Below are positions 19,438 to 29,931 of a stretch of DNA of 60,961 nucleotides, one piece after another. This stretch comes from a virus. Lineage: Duplodnaviria; Caudoviricetes. Where the stretch lies: the IMG/VR virus record IMGVR_UViG_3300032323_001252, positions 1 through 60,961 of that record; one strand, 5' to 3'. The notes below the pieces were generated by a model. The model saw only the letters and a list, made by a program, of their open reading frames with translations. It was not told the DNA's origin and did no database searches. A program made the position numbers and the translations under genes. The stretch's first letter is position 1. Each line of letters opens with the position of its first letter.

Positions 19438-21386
19438 TGCAAGTTTTAATTTATGACATCGAGACTATGCAGGAGTTCTTCCTGATGAATGTCTGCGAAC
19501 CTGAAACAAAGGAATGTCACGAGTTTATGGTAAGCAAATGGCATAATAATCTTGATGCAATGGTTAAATTCATTGAAGATCATAAAGATTTTTATTTTGT
19601 TGGCTACAATAACTTACGATTTGATGCTCAAGTTGTAGAATGGATCTTACGTAACTACGATAACTGGCACCACAAGGACAATCTAGAGATTACTGCTATG
19701 ATTGCCCAGAAGGCTGCTGATGTGATCCATGATGCAAACTTTGAGGTGTTTCCTGAATTCAGAGAACAAGATTTATCATTCAAACAAATAGATCTTTTCA
19801 AGGTGAACCATTACGACAATAAGAATCGTATGGTGAGCTTGAAGAGACTAGAGTTCGAAATGGATCTTGAGAACATTGAAGAGATGCCTATTCACCATAG
19901 TAAGGTGGATATGACACAGGAAGAGATCAACATCACACGTGACTATTGCAAGAATGACGTGTTTGCTACTTATGAATTCTATAAGATAACTACAGGTCAA
20001 TGTGATCATCCATTATACAAGGGTAACAATCAGTTAGCATTAAGACAGGATATACAAGAGGAATTTGGTATACCATGTCTAAACTATTCTGATTCAAAGA
20101 TTGGTGATGAGATGATTAAGAAGTATTATTGCCAAGAGAAGAAGATACAATATGCAGACTTACCACGTAAAGGTTTCTTTAGAAAAGAAATCAAGGTGAA
20201 GAACTGTATTGCATCGTATGTTACATTTAAAACTACGCAGCTACAACAGTTTCTAAAGAAAATGAAAGGAACAGTGCTAGGGCTGCAAGATGATTTTAAA
20301 GAACATATAGATTTCTATGGTAATACATATTCTTTTATGAAAGGTGGTTTACACACGGAGAATAAACCAGAAATATTTGAAGCAAATGAAGAATACGAAA
20401 TCATTGATTGGGATGTTAGCAGTTACTATCCTGCTATTATTATCAATAATGGTCGCTATCCCGCTCACCTTGGTAAGGAATTTCTTGAGGGTTATAAACA
20501 AATGTTTAATAAGCGTTTGGAACTTAAACCGTTGGCTAAGAAAGACAAGAAGATAGCTGGTATTGTAGGAGCACTGAAGTTAGCTGTAAACTCTGTCTAT
20601 GGTAAAAGTTCTGATATGCAGAACTGGATCTATGATAGACAGTTAACTATGTTTACTACTATCACTGGTGAATTGTCTTTGATGATGCTTATTGAAGCAT
20701 ATGAACTAGCAGGCATACATGCTATCTCTGCTAATACAGATGGTGTAACTATTCGAATTAAGAAAACAGACATACCAAAAATGCATGAAATTAATGCATG
20801 GTGGTCACAACTAACTCAATATGAATTGGAAAGAACAGACTATACAAAGATTATCTTCTCAACAGTTAACGACTATATTGCAGTTAAACCGAATGGAGAG
20901 ATTAAAAAGAAAGGCGATTTCCTCACTGATTTTGAGTTGCATAAGAATAAGTCTGCTCGTGTTGTACCTATGGCTCTCGAACAATACTTCATTAATGGGA
21001 CATCTGTCAATGAATATATTATGAGGCATAGAAACATTTATGACTTTGCAATGCGGCAGAGAGCTAATAAGGATTTTCACTTTGAGGGCAAGTCTGAAGC
21101 GGGAACTACAATCTACAATAAGCTTATTAGATTTTATGTCTCAAACACAGGAGAAAAACTCTTAAAAGTTAAGAATGCTGATTCTACATCTGGTGCTGCA
21201 CCAATATCACAAGTGGAGGCAGGTGATTGGGTGATGACTGTATGTAATAAACTATCTAAAGATCATCCTATGGATAACATCAATAGAGAATATTATATAG
21301 AGCGTGCACAAAAAATGATAGATAAGATTTTACTTCAAGGAAGAAAGCCTATCTTTGTAGATCCAAATCAATTATCATTATTCTAA
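19437..21386 (+). CDS. DNA polymerase, family B
   Basis: Exo I YDIET, Exo II GYNN..FD, Exo III YCKND; Pol motifs DWDVSSYYP, KLAVNSVYGK, ANTDG. Confidence 0.92.
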   Translation: MQVLIYDIETMQEFFLMNVCEPETKECHEFMVSKWHNNLDAMVKFIEDHKDFYFVGYNNLRFDAQVVEWILRNYDNWHHKDNLEITAMIAQKAADVIHDANFEVFPEFREQDLSFKQIDLFKVNHYDNKNRMVSLKRLEFEMDLENIEEMPIHHSKVDMTQEEINITRDYCKNDVFATYEFYKITTGQCDHPLYKGNNQLALRQDIQEEFGIPCLNYSDSKIGDEMIKKYYCQEKKIQYADLPRKGFFRKEIKVKNCIASYVTFKTTQLQQFLKKMKGTVLGLQDDFKEHIDFYGNTYSFMKGGLHTENKPEIFEANEEYEIIDWDVSSYYPAIIINNGRYPAHLGKEFLEGYKQMFNKRLELKPLAKKDKKIAGIVGALKLAVNSVYGKSSDMQNWIYDRQLTMFTTITGELSLMMLIEAYELAGIHAISANTDGVTIRIKKTDIPKMHEINAWWSQLTQYELERTDYTKIIFSTVNDYIAVKPNGEIKKKGDFLTDFELHKNKSARVVPMALEQYFINGTSVNEYIMRHRNIYDFAMRQRANKDFHFEGKSEAGTTIYNKLIRFYVSNTGEKLLKVKNADSTSGAAPISQVEAGDWVMTVCNKLSKDHPMDNINREYYIERAQKMIDKILLQGRKPIFVDPNQLSLF

Positions 21387-21772
21387 TGGCAGGAACAGAG
21401 AAACAACGCGAAGAGATCAACAGGAAGTTGGTCTCTATGCAAATGGAGATGATAGGTCTCACGTATGAAGATGCTATGAACACAACAGAGTTCTGGCGTA
21501 TTTATAGTTTAACTACAGAACAAACAGAAGCTTGGCGTAAGAAAGCTCTACCGTTGATTAGAAAAACCTTCAAGGTTAATAAATCAAGAGGAGAGATGAT
21601 TATGGCAACTTTTGAGGTGACTTTAGGATTACGTATTTATGATCCTGTAGAAGTAGTAGAACACGATGTGTGTCCTGGTCCTCATTTAGAAGAGTTGGCT
21701 CATCTAAAACGTAAACCTAAACCTACGTTCTGGCAGAAAGTACAAAAGTTCTTTATTGGATATTATCGATGA
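21386..21772 (+). CDS. Hypothetical protein
   Basis: 128 aa, overlapping stop/start. Confidence 0.7.
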   Translation: MAGTEKQREEINRKLVSMQMEMIGLTYEDAMNTTEFWRIYSLTTEQTEAWRKKALPLIRKTFKVNKSRGEMIMATFEVTLGLRIYDPVEVVEHDVCPGPHLEELAHLKRKPKPTFWQKVQKFFIGYYR

Positions 21773-22281
21773 AGAATTGGATGCTAGTGCTAGTTGTAGT
21801 TGTAGCAATTGCAAGTAGATTTATTATTACAGCTGGACCAGCTTGGGCTAACTTCTCACCATTAGGTGCATTAGCTCTATATGCTGGCTACCATCACTTC
21901 TGGAAAGGATGGATTGCTACAGCTGTCAGTGTAGTGCTATCAAACATAGTAATAAACAATCTATTGTACTCTCAGTATTATGATGGGTTCTCTTGGGGAA
22001 TAGATGCAAACGTTATTTTGTTTGCAATGATCTCTGTTATAGGACAATGCAAATCAGAGAATGCATTTACATTGAATATTGCTAGTGTTCTGATGTTCTT
22101 TATACTATCTAATATGTTAGTGTGGTCAGGAACAATGTACACACATGATATGAAAGGACTTATAGAATGCTATACAGCAGCGTTACCATTCCTTGGTAAT
22201 ACACTATTAAGTCAGTTTATATTTGGTGGTGTGTTCTTTGGCATATATCGAACGTATGAAAAGTATATATTAGTAATATAA
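21769..22281 (+). CDS. Multi-pass membrane protein, DUF6580-like putative ECF S-component-type transporter
   Basis: ~5-6 TM; NFSPLGALALYAG, FFILSN..VW, Y.....GL..CY.AALPF..N.L motifs. Confidence 0.65.
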   Translation: MKNWMLVLVVVVAIASRFIITAGPAWANFSPLGALALYAGYHHFWKGWIATAVSVVLSNIVINNLLYSQYYDGFSWGIDANVILFAMISVIGQCKSENAFTLNIASVLMFFILSNMLVWSGTMYTHDMKGLIECYTAALPFLGNTLLSQFIFGGVFFGIYRTYEKYILVI

Positions 22282-22288
22282 ACTTAAC

Positions 22289-22322
22289 AAAAAAGCCTCA
22301 GAGAGATCTGGGGCTTTTCTTT
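22289..22322. terminator. Bidirectional terminator
   Basis: AAAAAAGCCTCAGA-GAGA-TCTGGGGCTTTTCTTT. Confidence 0.75.
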
Positions 22323-22456
22323 TACACTTCTTTATCAAGAATCAAAGGCTTCATATGTCTTCGTTCAGAACGAATGATTGTAGACTTTGAGAATTTAGAG
22401 AGTGTAGCTCCTAATGAAGAGCAAATTAACATAACAGCGAGTAGTAAGTGTATCAT
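22322..22456 (-). CDS. Lone counter-oriented small hydrophobic peptide (44 aa, not in ORF track)
   Basis: MIHLLLAVMLICSSLGATLSKFSKSTIIRSERRHMKPLILDKEV; TATCTTTG on minus strand at 22477-22484; ends at the terminator. Confidence 0.5.
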   Translation of the reverse strand: MIHLLLAVMLICSSLGATLSKFSKSTIIRSERRHMKPLILDKEV

Positions 22457-22575
22457 AGAAGTATAATTATTTTATACAAAGATACAGTATGAAGTTGTAT
22501 TATGCTAATAAGAATTGCATTTTACCAAGAACTTGATAAAAGTTCTTTATTTATTTACATTTTAAATAACACACA

Positions 22576-23310
22576 ATGAAAACATTAGTGCTAGGAGACA
22601 CACATGGTCGTCCGTATTGGAAAGATATTATAGCAAAAGAAAGTCCAGATAGAGTGATATTTATTGGAGACTATTTTGATAGCTATGATAATTATACAGC
22701 TGCTGAGCAGATGGATAATTTTAAACAGATTGTAGAATACAAACAATCAGGACAAGCTGAAGTAATAATGTTAGTTGGTAATCATGACTATCACTATATG
22801 CGAGGTGTATCTGAGCATTATTCAGGATATCAAAGCGGTGCTGCACCTGCTATACAGCAATTACTAGAAGATAACAAAGAACATCTACAGATGTGTTATC
22901 GATTAATTGATTTTATATTTAGTCATGCTGGCATTAGTCACGATTGGTTAACTATTCATGGCTATAGCATAGAACATGATCTTATAGAATGGGTTAATGA
23001 TAAGTTTAAATTCACTCCTAAAGTATTTGAGTTTGCAGGGTGGGAACCTCATGGAGATAGTCCAACATCATCTCCTATTTGGATTAGACCATTATCATTA
23101 CTAAGATCAAATGCTGACACTCACTTACAAGAACATTTTGTTCAAGTGGTGGGACACACTCAAGTTAAAGAAATAAAGTTAACTGGTAATGCTACTATTG
23201 GTGAATACTATCTTATTGATACACTAGATACATCAGGCCAATACATGGTTATTGATATCACTTTAGATGGAGATAAAATAACATTTCCTGTATACAAAAA
23301 AGAAGAATAA
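22576..23310 (+). CDS. Calcineurin-like metallophosphoesterase
   Basis: GDTHG, GDYFD, GNHD, SHAG, VVGHT. Confidence 0.9.
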   Translation: MKTLVLGDTHGRPYWKDIIAKESPDRVIFIGDYFDSYDNYTAAEQMDNFKQIVEYKQSGQAEVIMLVGNHDYHYMRGVSEHYSGYQSGAAPAIQQLLEDNKEHLQMCYRLIDFIFSHAGISHDWLTIHGYSIEHDLIEWVNDKFKFTPKVFEFAGWEPHGDSPTSSPIWIRPLSLLRSNADTHLQEHFVQVVGHTQVKEIKLTGNATIGEYYLIDTLDTSGQYMVIDITLDGDKITFPVYKKEE

Positions 23311-23373
23311 CATGGAAGATTATGAACACGCAGCAAGATTTGTTAAATTGAAAATTTATACTTATCTTTAAGT

Positions 23374-23979
23374 ATGAAAACTTACATCTATATCCTCATA
23401 GATCCAGAAACTAACCAGGTTAGGTATATTGGAAAGACCAAAAGTCTAAAAAGACGTTACAATCAACACATTAGTGAGTGTTCTAAACTCAAAAGCCATA
23501 AGAACAATTGGCTATTGTTATTAAAGAACAAGAATCTTAGACCAGAGATGGTTGTAATTGATGAAACTGATAAAGATGATTGGGTATTTTTAGAACAATG
23601 GTATATAGAATTATATAAATCTTGGGGATATAAATTAACAAATCTTACAAAAGGAGGTGAAGGAGCATATGGTTATTGCCCAACACCTGAAACTTTAGTA
23701 AAAATGTCATTAGTTCAAAAAGGTAAAATTGTTTCAGAAGAAACTAGAAAAAAACTTTCATCAGCTTTCAAAGGTAGAATATTTTCTGAAGAGACTAAAA
23801 AGAAACTTTCAGAAGCTGCTAAAAAAAGAGGAATTTCAACAGAAATAAGAGAAAAAATGATAAATTCTAAAAAGAAAAATCCTTTAAAGCATAGTGAAGA
23901 TTCAAAATTACGTATATCAGAAAAATTAAAAATTATAGCAAATGAAAGAAAGTATAAAAATAATAGATCCCCCAACTGA
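23374..23979 (+). mobile_element. Free-standing GIY-YIG homing endonuclease with NUMOD3 repeats
   Basis: YIYIL...RYIGKT...R...H; NLTKGGEG; SEETRKKLS repeats; own TTTG...TATCTTTA promoter-like site. Confidence 0.85.
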
Positions 23980-24205
23980 TTTTATCAGCAGCACAGATTG
24001 GGAGTATGCGGAGGCCAAAGATTTCGTATATTTGTTGGCTGATCAGATGCTAGATGAGCATCTACCAAGAATTGAAGTTATAGACCAGGATAAAGTATTT
24101 AAAGATGAAGATAGACATAACAGTAGAACAATTCGAAGACACCATAGCGAAAGGATACACGATGGATATGGTGTTTCTGCTCTTGATGATTCACGAACAG
24201 TATGA
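23942..24205 (+). CDS. Hypothetical protein
   Basis: 87 aa; both ends overlap neighbours. Confidence 0.55.
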   Translation: MKESIKIIDPPTDFISSTDWEYAEAKDFVYLLADQMLDEHLPRIEVIDQDKVFKDEDRHNSRTIRRHHSERIHDGYGVSALDDSRTV

Positions 24206-24728
24206 TGTTAGACTGATATCTGATGACAATCCTAAATTACAAATCTTGTGTCAGTCAATCCATAGAAAGGGATTGATAACATCAGAGTATAAGATAACAG
24301 AAACAGGAACCAAGCTGCTGGAGTATCTGAAAGCTAAAACCCGACAGAAGTTCGTGAAGCCTAAGATTTCAGCACAAGAGTTTGATGACTGGTGGGAAGC
24401 TTATCCTGGAACAGATTCCTTTGAATATCTTGGGAAGAAGTTTCAGGGAAGCCGCTCCCTTCGTTCTGGTAAAGAGGATTGTAGAATTAAGTTTAATGTA
24501 ATTCTATCAGAGAAAGAATACACAGCACAAGAATTGATTGATGCAATGAAGCATGACGTTCTATTGAAGAAAGAGGCATCTGTTAAAGAGAATAAGAATA
24601 AACTATCGTTTATGCAGAACTCTTTGACATATCTTAATCAAAGAAGTTATGAACCATTCATTGAATTGATTAGAGCAGGAGAAGTAGTTAAACAATCAGT
24701 TAAACCTGTAGGAGGAACAGACATATGA
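24105..24728 (+). CDS. Replication initiator/helicase-loader-like protein
   Basis: FDDWWEAYP...TYLNQR.YE motifs, directly upstream of DnaB. Confidence 0.6.
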   Translation: MKIDITVEQFEDTIAKGYTMDMVFLLLMIHEQYDVRLISDDNPKLQILCQSIHRKGLITSEYKITETGTKLLEYLKAKTRQKFVKPKISAQEFDDWWEAYPGTDSFEYLGKKFQGSRSLRSGKEDCRIKFNVILSEKEYTAQELIDAMKHDVLLKKEASVKENKNKLSFMQNSLTYLNQRSYEPFIELIRAGEVVKQSVKPVGGTDI

Positions 24729-25792
24729 GTTTTCAAGATTTAAAATTAGCTGTACAAGATGGCTTGAGTGGTAAGAACGGTGGTATACCCATGGGATTTG
24801 ATAGACTGAATAGATACATTGGTATTCGTAAGTCTATGTATACGCTTGTAGGTGGTCTAACAGGTTCTGGTAAAACTTCATTCATCGATGATGCATATGT
24901 ACTAAATCCATTTGATTGGTCTATTAGCCCAGAGGGACAAACGTCTGGGATTAATCTAAAGATCATCTATAGATCAATGGAGCGTAGTAGAACCTACAAG
25001 TATGCCAAGTGGATTAGTAGAAAGATCTTTCTAGATCAAGGTATTATTATTCCTGTAGGCAAGATGTTAGGTTGGACTGATAAGATGACTCATGATGAAC
25101 ATGATCTTTTCTTACAGTATGAGGAGTATGGTGAAATGATGAAAGAGAAAATCACTATCATCGATGGGCCAGAGAATCCTGTAGGTATAGCAAAGGAACT
25201 TAGAGATTATGCTATGGAACGTGGTGAAGTTATTGAAGTGGATAAGTGGAATAAGAAATATATTCCTAATGATCCTAATGAAATAACTCTTGTAGTTATT
25301 GATCACATTGGTTTGTTAAAAATCACTAAAGATCACCCTACAAAGAAAGCTTCTATAGATAAGATGTCTGATGAGCTGCGTTACGCCAGGGACTTCTATG
25401 GTTATTCACCAGTTGTAGTGTCTCAGTTCAATCGTGACATTGCTAACCCTATGCGTATTAAGAATGGTGATGTAGAACCTCAGCTAGAGGATTTTGCAGA
25501 CAGTTCAGCAACACAGAATGATGCTGATGTTGTGTTGGCACTATTTGATCCTATGCGTTACAAGGTTGAAGATCCTAGCGGATATCAACTAGATAAGCTA
25601 AAGGATGAATATGGTGCAAAGTATTATCGTTCCCTAAGATTAATTAAGAATAGTTATGGCGAGGATGATGTACGAATAGGATTAGGCTTTCTTGGTCAGA
25701 TTGGTATGTTTAAAGAACTACCAAGAAGAAAAGACATGACTGATTCTGATTATGAAGCAGTGGTTAATAAAACATATTTCTTACAACAATGA
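24725..25792 (+). CDS. Replicative DnaB-like helicase
   Basis: GGLTGSGKT, VVIDHIGL, VSQFNR, DFADSSATQNDADVV. Confidence 0.88.
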   Translation: MSFQDLKLAVQDGLSGKNGGIPMGFDRLNRYIGIRKSMYTLVGGLTGSGKTSFIDDAYVLNPFDWSISPEGQTSGINLKIIYRSMERSRTYKYAKWISRKIFLDQGIIIPVGKMLGWTDKMTHDEHDLFLQYEEYGEMMKEKITIIDGPENPVGIAKELRDYAMERGEVIEVDKWNKKYIPNDPNEITLVVIDHIGLLKITKDHPTKKASIDKMSDELRYARDFYGYSPVVVSQFNRDIANPMRIKNGDVEPQLEDFADSSATQNDADVVLALFDPMRYKVEDPSGYQLDKLKDEYGAKYYRSLRLIKNSYGEDDVRIGLGFLGQIGMFKELPRRKDMTDSDYEAVVNKTYFLQQ

Positions 25793-26883
25793 CATTAAGA
25801 GATAAACGACAGAAAGAGTTTGCTGATATCTGGATGGCAAAGGAGTGGGGAATCCTCAATCTATGTCCTAGATTTGGTAAAATCTATACAACGATTAACA
25901 TACTAGATAAGTATAATCCTGATATATCTATCTTGATTGCTTATCCAGATGCTAAGATTAAAGACTCTTGGGAAAAAGATTTTGAAACAAGAGGCTATAG
26001 TAATTCTAACATCACTTATACAACACATCTATCTATGCACAAGCATAGTAGAAACCTGTATGATATTGTGATTATAGATGAGATACATTTGTTATCTGAT
26101 GCACAGCTTGATGCTGCGTATGATTTAACATTACTCAACAATAAAGTGTTAGGATTGACAGGTACGCTGTCCTCATGGACAGAAGCAGAGCTAGATCAAA
26201 GATTACAACTACCAGTGTTAGCACACTATCCTATTGAGCAAGCTATAGAAGAAGGAGTTATTGTGGACTATCAGATCACAGTGCTTAAAGTTCCTTTAGA
26301 TAACAAAGTTATAGTGCCAATCAAAGGTAAGGATAGAACAGAGAAGAAGCATTTCGATGCTTGTAGTTGGGTGATTGATAAACTAGAAAAAGAAGGTAAG
26401 AATACAATGATGTTACGTCTGAAGAGAATGAGACTCATTCAAAACAGTGTAGCAAAACTTGCACTTACTAGACAGTTGCTACAGAAATATAATCAAGAAC
26501 GTGTTCTTGTATTCTGTGGTACAACAGACATGGCTGATAATCTAGGCATACCATCACATCATAGTAAATCAGGAGATAAGGAAGCTTTCAAAAGATTTGC
26601 AGAAGGTGAAGGTAATCACATGGCTGTAGTAAAGATTGGCAATACAGGTGTAACCTATAAGCCTCTCAACAAAGTGGTATTGAATTACTTCGATAGTAAT
26701 GCAGAGAACTTGGCTCAAAAAGTCAATAGATGTATGGCTATGGAGTATAACAATCCAGACAAGAAAGCAGACATTTACATCATCTCAACTGATGAACCTG
26801 TAGAGGAAAAATGGCTTAATAAAGCTCTAGAATTCTTTGATAAAGACAAGATTAGAGTTGTAAATGTTAGCAGAAATTCGTAA
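25789..26883 (+). CDS. SF2 (DEAD/DEAH-like) helicase
   Basis: PRFGK, IIDEIH, GLTGT, QKVNR. Confidence 0.85.
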   Translation: MTLRDKRQKEFADIWMAKEWGILNLCPRFGKIYTTINILDKYNPDISILIAYPDAKIKDSWEKDFETRGYSNSNITYTTHLSMHKHSRNLYDIVIIDEIHLLSDAQLDAAYDLTLLNNKVLGLTGTLSSWTEAELDQRLQLPVLAHYPIEQAIEEGVIVDYQITVLKVPLDNKVIVPIKGKDRTEKKHFDACSWVIDKLEKEGKNTMMLRLKRMRLIQNSVAKLALTRQLLQKYNQERVLVFCGTTDMADNLGIPSHHSKSGDKEAFKRFAEGEGNHMAVVKIGNTGVTYKPLNKVVLNYFDSNAENLAQKVNRCMAMEYNNPDKKADIYIISTDEPVEEKWLNKALEFFDKDKIRVVNVSRNS

Positions 26884-26919
26884 ATTTAAACTAAGTATAA
26901 ACTAAAACAAAAACTAAAT

Positions 26920-27591
26920 ATGAGCTCAAAGTTAATCGGTATTGTAGGGCCTACAGGAACGGGAAAATCCACATCCATCAAGCACCTAGATCCAAAAGAA
27001 ACGTACATCATTAACGTTGCAAAGAAAGAATTACCTTTCAAAGGTTCTGAAAAACTGTATAATGCAGAAAATAAGAACTACGCAGAATTAGATGACGCAA
27101 TTGATATCTCACGTAGATTACGTGCTATATCAGACAAAGCACCACACATTAAGAACATTGTGATCGAGGATTCAAACTACATCATGGGTTTCAACATGGT
27201 TGCACGTGCTACAGAGAAAGGTTACGAAAAGTTTACAATTATGGCTAGGGATATGGTTGATTTATTCCGTGAAGCTCGTAACTTGCGTGACGATTTGAAA
27301 GTGTTCTACTTTACACACCCAGAAACTGTTGAAGATGGTGGTGAGATTGTAGGATACAAGATTAAAACCGCTGGAAAGTTAATTGATAATCAAATTGTAT
27401 TAGAGGGATTGCTTACAATCTGTCTATACACAAATGTTGAGGAATCAAAAGATGGTACTATTACCTATAGCTTCGTAACTAATCGTTACAGGAAGTTCCC
27501 AGCCAAGAGTCCTGATGGAATGTTTAGTGAAATCATGATTCCTAATAACTTGCAAGAAGTTGCAAACACAATTGATGAGTATTACAAATAA
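26920..27591 (+). CDS. AAA_24/Sak4-like ATPase
   Basis: GPTGTGKS, VIED, FTH.E, KIKTAGKLID, PAKSP. Confidence 0.8.
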   Translation: MSSKLIGIVGPTGTGKSTSIKHLDPKETYIINVAKKELPFKGSEKLYNAENKNYAELDDAIDISRRLRAISDKAPHIKNIVIEDSNYIMGFNMVARATEKGYEKFTIMARDMVDLFREARNLRDDLKVFYFTHPETVEDGGEIVGYKIKTAGKLIDNQIVLEGLLTICLYTNVEESKDGTITYSFVTNRYRKFPAKSPDGMFSEIMIPNNLQEVANTIDEYYK

Positions 27592-27617
27592 AGTTAAACT
27601 ATAAACAAAGTAAAATT

Positions 27618-28478
27618 ATGGCAATCGCTGGAACAAAAAGAGAGTCCTTAGAGACAAAAGAGTACCCAAAGAAAGTAGGTTTATTTGAAGCGAAAGTAAT
27701 CGCTATCAATCCTGACAATGAGTGGTATAACGATGAGTTAGGCATTCAGTTGAAAGAAGACAGTAAGGCTACTGTTTATCTAGGAGTAACAGATGAAGGA
27801 GTTAAAACTCTACGTGTTGATGTGTGGTTACAAGACATCAAGACTTCTGACAAATTCAAAGTTACATTCTATTTGAAAGACAAAGCTATCATTAGCAAGT
27901 CTGGAAAAACACAATTTATCACAGACCAATGTACTACATCGTATGCAGAAAGTGAAGATTATTTACCAACTTGGTTCGTCAAAAGAGACTATCATGTCGC
28001 TAGAGAAGGTGAGCCAGACTTATGTACATTCTTGGCAACATGGACTAACATCAACTTCTACGAAGATCAAGACGCTAAAATTGTGTTGGAGTGGAAAGAT
28101 TTGATGAAAGGTAATGTATCTGAGTTACGTGAGCAGATTGACGCTTGTACTAAAGAAACAGTTGTAGCAATGGCTACAGTTAAGACTGTTGAAACAGCAG
28201 ATGGTGTTAAAGAATATCAGGCAGTGTTTAACAAAGCATTCATGCCAGGATATGGTTTACGTCAATTGAGACAAATTACTGTCAATAAAGATTATATCAC
28301 TCGTATTAGCAGAAAACCAGCAAAAGAATTAAAAGTGTATGATCGCTTCATTCTTAAGATTGCAGGAGAGTATGGTTGCAAAGAGTTCTATTCATTCAAT
28401 GAGTTAAAAGAATACAATGCAGCTGATAACTTCGTAGCATCTGATAAGGTTATTGCAGACGATGATGACATGTTTTAA
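27618..28478 (+). CDS. Probable ssDNA-binding protein
   Basis: Follows the Sak4-like gene; beta-rich; acidic-aromatic tail ADDDDMF. Confidence 0.65.
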   Translation: MAIAGTKRESLETKEYPKKVGLFEAKVIAINPDNEWYNDELGIQLKEDSKATVYLGVTDEGVKTLRVDVWLQDIKTSDKFKVTFYLKDKAIISKSGKTQFITDQCTTSYAESEDYLPTWFVKRDYHVAREGEPDLCTFLATWTNINFYEDQDAKIVLEWKDLMKGNVSELREQIDACTKETVVAMATVKTVETADGVKEYQAVFNKAFMPGYGLRQLRQITVNKDYITRISRKPAKELKVYDRFILKIAGEYGCKEFYSFNELKEYNAADNFVASDKVIADDDDMF

Positions 28479-28500
28479 AATCAAGCGTTATATACTGACA

Positions 28501-28537
28501 AAAGAGCCCATTCTATTTTAGTTTGGGCTCTCTTTTT
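28501..28537 (+). terminator. Intrinsic terminator
   Basis: AGAGCCCA...TGGGCTCT-CTTTTT. Confidence 0.7.
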
Positions 28538-28554
28538 CTAAACCAAACAAAGAA

Positions 28555-29559
28555 ATGATACAAGGAGAAAAAAGAGTCAGTTTATCAAAAGAAGCTATAC
28601 TTAGTAAGATAGGTCCATATGACATATTCAGGTATTATATGCCTAATACAAAATGGAGCTTAAATGTTACAACACATTCACCATTCAGACAAGATAGACG
28701 ACCATCATTTGTTATAGGTAACAGAGATGGTACAATTCTTTTCATAGATTTTGCAGATTCTACGAAGAAAGGTGATTGCTTTAAGTTTGTACAGCTATTG
28801 TATAACATTCCTTTGTCTGAAGCAATGAGACTCATCGACAGAGATTTTGGTCTTGGGATTGTACATAAGACAAACGTAGGAGAATATCAGAGGATTATAT
28901 CTGAATACAAAGCTCCTGAGCTTGTTGTAGAGAAAAAGTATTCCAAGATACAAGTAATAACCAGAGCGTTTACAAATGCAGAGCTAGAGTATTGGAATCA
29001 GTATCATCAGAGTGAAGATGATTTGAAAGCCAATTATGTTTATGCTGTTAAGAAAGTATATCTTAATAGAGAACAAGTGATCATGCAGGAGAAAGAGATG
29101 GTGTTTGGTTATCTTTATGGTGATAGATGGAAGATCTATAGACCACACGTAGATAAACAGTTTAAATGGGTTCCTAATAATGTACCCATCACTGCTATGG
29201 ATGGACTAGAAGATATCAAAGACTGTAAGGTAGCATTCATTAACAAGTCAAAGAAGGATTACATGGTAATGAAGAAGATATTTCCATGTAGTTGTGCAGT
29301 TCAGAATGAGAGTATTGGTTGTTTCTCTGAAGAGAATGTTCAGTATATCAAAGAGAACTCTAGATTCCAAGTGTTATCGTTTGATGCAGATGGACCAGGA
29401 GTAAAGAATTCTAAGCTGATCACAAAGAAGTTTGGATTTGACTATTGTAATGTACCCAGAAAGTATTTAACTGAAGGGATTAAAGATTGGGCTGACTTAG
29501 CAAAAGCACACGGTATGCAGCCTATAGAAGACTATTTAAAAAAGAGAAGATTAATTTAA
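28555..29559 (+). CDS. DNA primase (DnaG-like)
   Basis: SPFRQDRRPSF, FIDF...GDCF.FV N-domain; TOPRIM FDAD..G; KDWAD. Confidence 0.85.
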   Translation: MIQGEKRVSLSKEAILSKIGPYDIFRYYMPNTKWSLNVTTHSPFRQDRRPSFVIGNRDGTILFIDFADSTKKGDCFKFVQLLYNIPLSEAMRLIDRDFGLGIVHKTNVGEYQRIISEYKAPELVVEKKYSKIQVITRAFTNAELEYWNQYHQSEDDLKANYVYAVKKVYLNREQVIMQEKEMVFGYLYGDRWKIYRPHVDKQFKWVPNNVPITAMDGLEDIKDCKVAFINKSKKDYMVMKKIFPCSCAVQNESIGCFSEENVQYIKENSRFQVLSFDADGPGVKNSKLITKKFGFDYCNVPRKYLTEGIKDWADLAKAHGMQPIEDYLKKRRLI

Positions 29560-29569
29560 GAACAAAGAA

Positions 29570-29929
29570 ATGGGAAGATATTATTCAGGAGACATAGAAG
29601 GTAAGTTCTGGTTTGCTGTACAAAGCTCTACAGTAGGAGAACGCTTTGGATGTGTAGAACAAGAACAAAACTACATCGACTATTACATTGATGAGGATGA
29701 TAAAGATAAAATCATCGATGAACTCAAAGCAATTGAAGAAAAGCTTGGGGATGAATTAAAGAAGTTTCACGATTTCTTTAATAAGAACAATGGTTGGAAC
29801 GATCAGATGTTAAAAGATGCAGGACTAGATCCTAGGTTAGTAGGAGAGTATGCAGACTATGGTTTTGGTCAGAAGTTACTAAAGTGTGTAGAAGAAAATG
29901 GTAATTGCAGTTTTACAGCAGAATTATAA
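29570..29929 (+). CDS. Hypothetical phage protein
   Basis: MGRYYSGDIEGKFWFAVQSS...C.F.AEL. Confidence 0.75.
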   Translation: MGRYYSGDIEGKFWFAVQSSTVGERFGCVEQEQNYIDYYIDEDDKDKIIDELKAIEEKLGDELKKFHDFFNKNNGWNDQMLKDAGLDPRLVGEYADYGFGQKLLKCVEENGNCSFTAEL

Positions 29930-29931
29930 TT

